From the NCBI RefSeq assembly GCF_009914755.1, contig NC_060947.1: DNA of 64,000 bases. One strand, 5' to 3'. The notes below the pieces were generated by a model that saw only the letters and a list, made by a program, of their open reading frames with translations, did no database searches and was not told the DNA's origin. Each line of letters opens with the position of its first letter. Position 1 is the stretch's first letter. Shown here in pieces: positions 1 to 13,817 of the stretch. This stretch comes from the human T2T-CHM13v2.0 reference genome, Homo sapiens. The position numbers and the translations under genes were made by a program.

Positions 1-3249
<3,249 letters not shown>

Positions 3250-3445
3250 GAATAGGCAAATCCATAGAAACAGAAAATAGATTAGTAGTTACTAGGGCCT
3301 GGGGAAGGGGAAGAATAGGGAGAGATTGCCAATGGATAAAGAGGTTTTTTGGAGGATGATTAAAATGTTCTAAAATTGACTGTGGTGGCAGTTGCACGAC
3401 TCTGATAACATATTAAAAATGATAGTACACTTTAAAAAAAAAAAG
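3250..3445 (+). mobile_element. Old L1 (L1MB-like) 3'UTR fragment
   Basis: ggcaaatccatagaaacagaaaatagattagtagttact...aaaatgttctaaaattgactgtggtggcagttgcac, ending in an A-tail. Confidence 0.7.
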
Positions 3446-4218
3446 AAGAAGAAGACTTTGAGAACTCAGTTAATAAATAGACTTCTGCCCATGTTTCAGA
3501 CTGGCCATTGAGTGTCACACATGGAAAAGTTTCAAACAGCATCAAAAATTGAACTGACATTGGAATCTCAGCACTTAGAAAGCAAGTTGGACCTTGCAAT
3601 CTGAACCTAAGGAAGTCAATTGTCTGCTAAAACAAAAAAAATCAATATCCTCTATAATACTAAACAATACATAGAGTCTCAAACTAATATCTAAAATGTC
3701 CAGAATATAAACCAAAATATTTGGCATATGTATAGCTATGAAAATTTTAACTGCATGGAAAAATACAATCAGCATACAACAGTAACATTAAACAAATACA
3801 GATGCTTGAAAGCATCCATTTACAATGCTCAAATGAGTAATCACACTCTTGAAAGAACTATTAAAACAGAAAATAATCAGCCAAAGACAAGAACTTATGA
3901 AGAAAAATCAAATAGAAAATTTTAAACTGAAAACTATAAAAACTGAAATAAAGAAACTCACTGGATGGATTCAATAACAGAATGGAGAAGATAAAAGAGT
4001 GAATGAACTTGAAGACAGATCAATGAAAATTATCCAATATAAACAACAGAGAAAAAATGTTTTGGAAACAAACAGAGCTTCAAATACCTGTGAAAAACAA
4101 CACAAAGTATAAATCTGTGTCATTAAAGTCCCAGAAAAAAAGGAGAAAAAATGTGCTGCTAAAAATTTTTGAAGAAATAATGGCCAAAAACTAACCAAGT
4201 TTGATGAAAGGTATACAC

Positions 4219-4839
4219 TGTATTAATTTTCTATTGCTGCTGTAGAAAATTACCACAAGTTTAGCAGCTTAAAGCAACACAAATTTATTATCTCACTGTT
4301 GTGTAGGTCAGAAGTCACGTACACTGTGGTTCAGCTGTTTTATCTGCTGAGTCTCACAGGCCAAAATGAATGCGTCAGCCATCCTGGTCTCTTATCTAGA
4401 GGCTGTGGGTTAGAATCCACTTCCTAGCTCTAGTAAAATAAAGTTTCATGTAGAACTACCGAGGTCACCACTTTCTTGCTGGTTGCCAGCCATGGCTTGT
4501 CCTCAGTTGGCTGCATTCCCTGGCTCATGGCTCTTGTCAAAGCCAGCAATGCAAATCTAGTTTATCTCATGCTTCAAATCTCTCTGACTCCTGTCCTTCT
4601 GCCTCATCTCAATAACACGTCTTCTGCCATATCTCTACGACTTTTCTCTCTTCCGCTTCTACTTTTAAGGATTCACATAACTATACTGAACTTATCTGGC
4701 CTATCTTAAATAAGCTGATTGGTAACCTTAGTTACATATGCCAGATAACTCTATATATATGTGTATATATATATTTTTCACAGGTTCTGGAGATAAGAGT
4801 TATGGGCATCTTTGGAGAAAAATTATTCTGCCTTCCACA
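4219..4839 (-). mobile_element. MaLR solo LTR (MLT1D/E-like)
   Basis: TG...CA termini (tgtattaatt...ccttccaca); MLT1 motif attgctgctgtagaaaattaccacaagtttagcagcttaaagcaacac; TSD tacac/taaac. Confidence 0.8.
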
Positions 4840-6319
4840 TAAACCTGCATATTTAAGAAGCTGAGCACATCACAAACATAAGAAACCCCCAAAAATCTAC
4901 ACTCCTCAGGTACATCATAATCAAACTGCTAAAAACTAAATACAAAGAATATTGAAAGTAGACAGAGAAATGATACCTCGCATAAACAAGGATAACAATT
5001 CATATAGATAATGATCACTCATTAAAAACGAAGGGACAAGAGACAAAAGGTAAGTTTCACCATAATATTCAAATGCTAAAAGCAAAGAATTGTCAACCCA
5101 GAATTTTGTGTCCATCAAAATTACTCTTCAGAAATAAAGGGGAAGTCAAGATATTTTTAGATGAAAAAAATATGATAATTCATTACTATCAGGTATGGTC
5201 TAAAGACTTATTAAAGTAAGTTATTAAAGCAAAGGGAAATAATACCAGAAAGAAAATTGGAACATAAGGAATGAAGGAGAGCAATAGAAATGGTAAATAA
5301 CTATTTTCACCATTAAGATACGATTTTTTAGCAGCGAGATACAAGATACAAGTTTTATGAGTAAAATACTACTTTTCTCCTTTTCAGTTCTTTAAAACAT
5401 GTTTGATAGTTCAAACCAAAATATATAGCATTCTCTGAAGAGATCTGAAGATGTATATAGATGTTATGTAGAAAAGATGCCTACAGTGTAGAGGAGGAAG
5501 GGAAAATGTACTTATATGGTGGTTTCTACATTCCAATAAAAGTAGTAAAATATTGATATTAAATAGACTTAAAAGTTAAGTGTGTATTTTGTAATCCCTA
5601 GATAAACCACTAAAATTATTATACAAAGACATAGTCAGAATTTTAATAGATAAATTAAAATGGAATACTAAAAATTATATAAATAATTCAAAAGAGGGAT
5701 GAAAATGAGAAACGGGACTACAAGACAGAAGGAACAGAGAAAACATAAAATGGTAGACATATCAAAAATTATATCAAGTGTAAATGATCTAAACACACCA
5801 AATAAAAGGTAGAAATTGCCTGAAAGGGTGAAAAAGACATGATTCAATTATATGCTGTCTGAAGCAATTTACTTCAAATGTAATATAAATATATTAAAAG
5901 GAAAATAACAAGACGCCATACAAGCACAAAGCAAAATAAAGCTGAAGTGATGTGTTAATATAAAAGTAGACTTCAGAGAAAACAAAATCAGAGGATTAAA
6001 AACAGACATTACATATTGACAAATGAGTCAATTAACCAAGAAGACATAAAAATTCTAAGTACATATTCACCTAATTACAAACATTCAAAGAACATGAAGC
6101 AAAAACAGAACCAAAAAGAGAAATAGACAAATACAAAATTATAGCTGAAGTATTCGCTCCTTTTTTCAGTGACAGAAGTGGTAGACATAAAACCAGCAAT
6201 AATAGAAAAGAACTGAATAACATAATCAAACAACTGAATCTAATTAACATTTATACAACAGTCAACCTACAACAACAGAATATACATTTATTCAAAAGGC
6301 ACATGGGACATTAACCAAA

Positions 6320-8515
6320 TGATATGGTTTGGCTCCACCCAAATCTCATCTTTAATTGTAATTCCCATAATCCCCACATGTCATGGGAGGGACCCAGTAG
6401 GAGGTAATGGAATCATGGGGGCAATTACCTCCATGCTGTTCTCATGATAGCGAGTGAGTTCTCATGAGATCTGATGGTTTTATAAGTGGCTTTCCCACTT
6501 CGCTTGGCACTTCTCCTTGCTACCACCATGTAAAGAAAGACGTGTTTGCTTCCTCTTCTGCCGTGATGGTAAGTTTCCTGAGGCCTCCCGAGCCCTGCAG
6601 AACTGTGAGTCAATTAAACCTCTTTCCTTTATAAATTACCCAGTCTTGGGTATGTCTTTATTAGCAGCATGAGAACGGAATAATGTAGTAAATTGGTACT
6701 GCAGAGAGTGGGGCACTGCTGTAAAGATACCCGAAAATGTGGAAGCAACGTTGGAAATGAGTAACAGGCAGAGGTTGGAACTGTTTGGAGGACTCAGAAT
6801 TAAAAAAGGAAAATGTGGGAAAGTTTGGAACTTCCTAGAGACTTGTTGAATGACTTTGACCTAAATGCTTCATAGTGATATGGACAATGAAGTCCAGGCT
6901 GAGGTGGTCTCAGATGGAGATGGGGAACTTGCCTGGAACTAGAGTAAAGGTCACTCTTGCTATTCAAAGAGACTGGTGGCATTTTGCACATGCCCTAGAG
7001 ATCTGCGGAACTTTAAAATTGAGAGAGATTATTTAGGGAATCTGGCAGAAGTATCTAAGCAGCAAAGCATTCAAGAGAAAGCAGAGCATAAAAGTTTGGA
7101 AAATTTGCAGCCTAATGATGTGATAGAAAAGAAAACTCCTTTTTTCCAGGGGGAAAGTCAAGCCAGCAGCAGAAATTTGCATAAGTCACAAGAAGCCAAA
7201 TGTTAATCACCAAGACAATGAAAAAAAAATGTCTCCAAGGCATGTCAGAGACCCTCAGAGCAGCCCCTCCAATCACAGGCCCAGGGGCCTAGGAGGAAAA
7301 AATTATTTCCTGGGCTGGGTCCAGGGTCCCCTTGCTGTGTGCAGCCTTGGGACTTGGTGCCCTGAGTCCCAGCTACTCCGGCTGTAGCTAAAAAGGGCCA
7401 ACTATAGCTCAGGCCATTGCTTCAGAGGGTGCAATCCCCAAGCCTTGGCAGCTTCCATGTGGTGTTGGGCCTGAGGGTGCACAGAAGTAAAGAATTGAGG
7501 TTTGGGGACATATGCCTAGATTTCAGAAGATGTATGGAATGCAGCCCCCTATAGCATCTTCACTGGGGCACTGCCTAGTGGAGCAGTAGGAAGAGGGCCA
7601 CCATCCTCCAGACCCCAGAATGGTAGATCCACCGACAGCTTGCACCGTGCACCTGGAAATGCCACAGACGTTCAATGCCAGCCTATGAAAGCAGTCAGGA
7701 GGGGGACTGTACCCAGCAAAGCCACAGGGGTGGAGCTTCCAAAGTGTGTGGGGCCCACCTCTTGCATCAGCATGACCTGGATGTGAGACATGGAGTCAAA
7801 GGACATCATTTTGGGGCTTTAAGCTTTAATTACTGCCCTATTGGATTTCTGACTTGCATGGGGCCTGTAGCTCCTTTGTATAGGGCCAGTTTCTCCCATT
7901 TGGAATGGCTGTATTTACCAAATGCCTGTACCCCCATTGCATGTAGGAAGTAACTAACTTGCTTTTGATTTTACAGGCTCATAGGTGAAAGGGACTTGCC
8001 TTGTCTTAGATGAGATTTTGGACTTGGACTTTTGAGTTAATTCTGGAATGAATTAAAACTTTAAAGGACTGTTGGGAAGGCATAATTGTGTTTTGAATTA
8101 TGAAGACATGAGATTTGGGAGGGACTAGCAGTGGAATAATATGGTTTGGCTGTGTCCCCAGCCAAATCTCATCTTGAACTATAGTTCCCATAATCCCCCT
8201 GTGTCATGGGAGGGACCTGGTAGGAAGTTATTGAATCATGGGGGCATGATTCACTTCCATAGAGTTCTTGTGATAGTGAGTGAGTTCTCATGAGATCTGA
8301 TGATTTTACAAGGGGCTTTTCCCGTCCCTCACTCAGCACTTCTCCTTGCTGCTGCCATGTGAAGAAGGACATGTTTGTTTGCCCTTCCGCCATGATTGTA
8401 AGTTTCCTGAGGCCTCCCCAGCCCTGTGGAACTGTGAGTCAATCAAACCACTTTCCTTCATAAATTACCCAGTCTTGGGTATTTCTTCACAGCAGTGTAA
8501 GAATGGACTAATACA
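6320..8515 (+). mobile_element. Full-length THE1 (THE1C/D) MaLR: 5'LTR 6320-6687, internal 6688-8136, 3'LTR 8137-8515
   Basis: Two ~370-bp direct repeats starting t(g/a)atatggtttggct; internal region begins gtaaattggtac; perfect TSD ccaaa (6315-6319, 8516-8520). Confidence 0.93.
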
Positions 8516-11267
8516 CCAAAATAGACCCTGTTCTAGGTCATAAAACAAACGTTAACAAATTTAAAATAACTGGAATCATATAAAGTATACTATTTTACCA
8601 CAATGCAATTAATCTAGATATCAATAACAAATAGACTAAAATCTCCAATCAATTCAAAATTAATACACTGCTAAATAATACACAGGTCGAGGAGGAAATA
8701 TCAAGATAAATTTTAAAATATTTGAACTTAATATAAACGAAGCATAACATATCAAAATTTGTGAGATGCAGCTAAAGCAGTTCTTAAAAGAAAATTTATA
8801 GCATTAAGTACTTATATTAGAAAAGAAGGAAGATCACAAGCGAATCATCCAAGTTTCCACCTAAGAAAACTAAAAAAGGAAAAAATAAAATAAACCCTAA
8901 GCAAGAACAAAGAAAGGAGTAATGAAGATAAAAGCTAAAATCAATGAAATCCAAAAATTGCATAAACAATAGAACAAATTATCTCATAAGCTGCTTCTTT
9001 GAAAAGACTGATACAATTTATAAACCCATAGCAAGACTTATAAAGAAAAAAAGAGGGGGGCCACAAATTACCAATATGAGGAATAGAAAATATCACCACA
9101 GAATGCGCAGATATTAGGACAGTAAGAAAATATTACAAACAACTCAACATACAAAAATTTAACAACTTTGATCAGAAAGACCATCTCTTAGAAAACTGAA
9201 AATGACCAAAACTCACCCATGATAAAATAGATAGCTTGAACAGCACTATAACTATTAAAGAAATGGAATTTGTAGTAAAGAAAACAAAAAGGAAGAAATC
9301 TCTAGGTCTAGCTACCCACTTCTGGTGAATTCTAATAAGCATTTAAAGGAGAACTAATACCAGTACAGTACAGTATCTTCCACAAAATATGGTTACAGGA
9401 AACACGTCCCAACTCATTTTACAAGGCCTGCATTATCTTGATACCAAAACTAGACAGAGACACACACAAAAAATAAAACTACAGAACAATATCCCTCCTG
9501 AACACAGACACAAAAATTTTCAACAAAATATTAGCAGACTGAATCCAGCACTACATAAAAAGTACAATACATCACAACAATGTGGATTTTATCCAAGGAA
9601 TACAAGCTGGCTCAATATTTGAAAAATTAACCAATGTAATCAAACATATTAGCAGTTTAAAAAAGAAAAATCACATGATAATGTTAACTGGTGCCAAAAA
9701 GAACCTATTTAATAAAATATCCATTGATAATAGAAACTCTTAGCAAATAAGAAACAAAGGAGACTCTCCTCAACTTGATAAAGGGCATTTATAAACTCCT
9801 ACAGCTAATATCATATTAGATAGTGGAAAATTGAATGTTTCCCCCTAAGTTTGGAAACACTGAAAACTACAAAATCCCGCTGATATAAAGAAAGCCTCAA
9901 TAAATGGAGATACTATAAATACTGAGTCCATGAGAGGATGGCACAATTTTGTTAAGACGTAAGTCCTACTGAAATAAATCTGTAGATTCAATGTAATCAC
10001 AATGAAAATCCCAGCAAGTTTTTTAAAAATAGAAAGTGACAATCTGATTACACAATGTTTATAGAAATTCAAAGGAATTAAGATAGTCAAAGAAATTTTG
10101 GAAAAGAACAAAACTAAAGGTTTAAACTATTTGATTATTGCATCTTTATAGTAAGTTTTAAAGAAAATTTAGTATTAAAGATTAAAAAAAGATCAATGTA
10201 ACAGAATGTAGAGTGCACACATAGTCCCACACATATATAGTATTAATTTTCAACAAAGTGCCAAGTTAATTCATTGAGGAAAAAATTTTCTTTTAAATAA
10301 ATTATACTGAAAAAATGGATATCTATATTTAAAAAATACTCTTGATCCTTACCTTACACCATATAAAAATTCACTTGAAATGTGTCATGTATCTATTTTT
10401 TTAATTTTTTAACTACTTTTTAAAAAAATGTGTGTATAGTAGAGACATACATATATTTATGGTGTATATGAGCCGCTTTGATCCAAGCATGTCATGTGAA
10501 ATAAGCACATCATGGAGAATGGGTATCCATCCCCTCAAGCATTTATTCTTTGAGTTACAAACAATTTAATTACATTATTTAAGTTATTTAAAAATATACA
10601 ATTATTATTGACTATATTCACCCTATTGTGCTATCAAATAGTAGGTCTTATTCATTCTTTCTACTGTTTTTGTACCCATTAGCCATCCCATCTCCCCCTC
10701 AATGCCTACCCAAACTCCGTTAATTATCTTTGTACTCTCTGTGTTCATGAGTTCAATTGATTTAAGTTTTAGATCCTACAAATAAGTGAGAACATGCAGT
10801 GTTTTGCCTTTCTGTGCCTGGCTTATTTCACTTAACATGACGAACTCCAGTTCCATCCATGTTGTTGCAAATGACTGGATCTAATTCTTTTTATGGCTGA
10901 ATATTAACCCATTGTGTATATGCACCACATTTTCTTTATCCATTAATCTGTTGATGGACACTTAGGTTACTTACAAATCTTGGGTATTGTAAACAGTGAT
11001 GCAACAAATATGGGAGTGCAGCTCTCTCTTCAAAATAGTGATTTCCTTTCTTTGGGGTATATACCCAGCAGTAGGATTGCTGGATTTATAGTAGCTCAAT
11101 TTTTAGTTTCTTGAAGGGGCTCCAAACTGTTCTCCATAGTGGTTATACTGACTTTCATTCCCACTAACAGTGTACAAGGGTTCCTTTTTCTCCACATCCT
11201 CGCCAGCATTTGTCATTGCCTGTCTTTTGGATATAAGCCAAACTTATATCCCCACAACTTATATCCC

Positions 11268-11479
11268 CACAGGGAGGGGAAAATCACACACTGGGACCTG
11301 TCAGGGGGTAAGGGGCAAGGGAAGGGAGAATATTAGGACAAATACCTAATGCGTGTGCAGCTTAAAACCTAGATGACAGGTTGAAAGGTGCAGCAAACCA
11401 CCATGGCACATGTATACCTACGTAACAAACCTGTGCTTTCTTCACATGTACCCCAGGCACTTAAAGTAACATAAAAAAA
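11268..11479 (+). mobile_element. L1PA8-like 3' end fragment (~210 bp)
   Basis: ttaggacaaatacctaatgcgtgtgcagcttaaaacctagatgac, short A-tail; no TSD. Confidence 0.8.
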
Positions 11480-13817
11480 TTTTTTTTAACTCAAAATTGA
11501 CTATTTCCAGAAAACTATAAAATACCTCAACTAAAAAGAATGCATAATGAAATTCTAATCTAATACAGGTCAAAAATGTAAAAAGTTTATGACCCTTAAC
11601 AGGAAAAATAAAACAACTTTTGCTGGCCATTCCTGTTGAAATGAGAACCATAAAGTAACAGAAAAGTGGCTACAAACCCACCAAGAACACCAAACAGGGA
11701 GAAAATAAAAGTCCATTTTCATCTCTGTTATTATTATAAAATCCTGTGTGACTATAGGCCAAACTTCTGGTGGCAGAAACAGAGTTCTTTATAAACTGCA
11801 GATGTCCTGTTCATAAAAAAAAAATTCACGGGAGTTGCACTAGTTCTAAAGACTCGTCTGTTTTAGCTTACCTACTGTATGTATTCAGTCTAAGATAGAT
11901 AAAGCCTCTTTCTGTAACCTTTGATTATTATTAGGCATCAAAGGTAAGAAAAGCAAGACGGGGTACAAAAATGCAAAATTTCCACAGTAATGACAATCTT
12001 TTTGTCTTAGTCCAAAAGGGTCCTGCAATCTCTCCCCTTTCAGTGATTTGACAAGTCTTTGTACTTAATCTTGGGTCAGCAAATCATGCAAGTGAAATCT
12101 GTCTCTGATATGTGAATGAATATCTTCATTCAGTTCTACAAGCTTCTCCGGGAATGAAATCAATTTTAGGAGTTCATTGTCATTTTTATCCATAAACCCA
12201 CTTTCTATAGGGGTTCCATTAGAAAGGTGATATGCAAAGGTTTGTGGTGAGTTGTCAATTATTACAGTTTTTGAAAGATCTCTTGCAAGAATATTCAAGT
12301 TCTTTATATGATTTCCTTGTACACAAACACAATGTTCATGGAAAAAACGGTGCCTGACCAGTTGCTTTTTAGGGTCTACTATGTTCAGTAATGTGCCCGC
12401 ATACACCTTCTTAGAAGCAGTAAAAAGAATAATCTCATACATCTAAGAAATTCATTCCAGGAATTCCCTGACAAAATGGTCTTAATATCACCTAAACCTG
12501 ATAAATGACATCTTGGAAAAGGACTGGAAAAGTAAGTGCTGCCTCTTCTACCTCATTTAGACTACAGTGCACTACTGTTTCATCCAAGTGTAAATCTAGG
12601 GAGAATTTCGGTGTGCTTCTTGTTTTCAACGGAAGAACAGACTTCCTATTTAGTTGTTCTTCTGTCAGTGGTGGGACATGTTTGATGAAATAATAGGGGT
12701 CAAATACTTCCAAGCCTTCTTCATAGGTGGCCTCTGCGTGGGATGATGAATAACCACTATCTGGAATGACTGGTCCTGTAAGGGGTGGGATATCACAATT
12801 AACTGTTTCTTCTGCTTCTTCTAAACCATTGTGGTTTGTTGTTGTTGTTGCTGTTGTTGTTGTTTTGTATTTTTAAATTATACTTTAAGTTCTGGAATAC
12901 ATGTGCAGAATGTGCAGGTTTGTTACATAGGTATACATGTGCCATGGTGGTTTGCTGCACCCATCAACCTGCCATCTGCACTGGGTATTCCTCCTAATGC
13001 TAGCCCTCCCCTAGCCCCCCATCCCGTGACAGGCCCTGGTGTGTGATGTTTCCCTCCCTGTGTCCTTGTGTTCTCATTGTTCAACTTCCACTTATGAGTG
13101 AGAACATGTGGTGTTTGCTAAACCAGTATTTATTGATGGTCTCACCCGAACTGCTTGATTTGAGTAAGCTGCTCCATTAGTTGATGTAGTAGAACGGGTA
13201 GTGATCTCATCCACCCGTTCCATATTAAGTTGTTTTACTATTTCTTCAGCTCCAACAGAGTAGTCCTTGGAGGACTGCCAGAGGAAGGATTATTTTCTAA
13301 TTTTCCATTTTATTTTACATGTTGATTTGTCATTTCATAACTACCAGTTTCTCAATTTACTTGACTTTTCTGTCTTACTCAAGATATCTATTTGTTAGGT
13401 TTCTCTCCTGCTCTTGGTGTTGACGTGATCAAATTATTATCTATATCACGTTCAATTATACTCCATTTTGAAGGATTTTCTCTCTCTTCCTTAGGTGTGC
13501 TTCCTTTAATGAATTTTTTAATTGAAGACCAGCCAGTTTCATTCTTTGGTGGTTTTTCTCCTCCTGAAGGCAGGCTATCATCAACCTATGAATATTTCCT
13601 CTTTGCTCTGGCAGTGAGTTGTGTTTACTGCTGAGAAGCTTTCCATGTTCTCAGCCTCATCTTTTATGGGTGCCACATATAAAACTGACTGTGATGACAG
13701 AGAAGTGTCCTCAGGCTCCTGTAACGGTCTCGACTGGACAATACATGGTGTCTTTCCCACTTGCTCTGCAGCAGCAACAGAACCAGCTCCTCCAGCCAGT
13801 TGCCATTTCCTGCCTAC
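11480..13817 (-). pseudogene. CTDSPL2: CTDSPL2 (SCP4) processed pseudogene; CDS remnant 13660->12065
   Basis: Intronless match to CTDSPL2: MRLRT..KASQQ start at 13660, [38 protein letters not shown]...IIDNSPQ...HDLL; stops, frameshifts, an internal deletion and an L1 insertion. Confidence 0.95.
12833..13117 (-). mobile_element. L1PA7-like 3' fragment inserted in the CTDSPL2 pseudogene
   Basis: L1 3'UTR (tatactttaagttctgg...gagaacatgtggtgtttg); tail decayed to (GTT)n; TSD ctaaaccattgt (12821-12832) / ctaaaccagtat (13118-13129). Confidence 0.88.

Noticed and set aside
12831-13046. Poly-Cys ORF
   Set aside because: Translation of a (GTT)n decayed L1 tail and antisense 3'UTR
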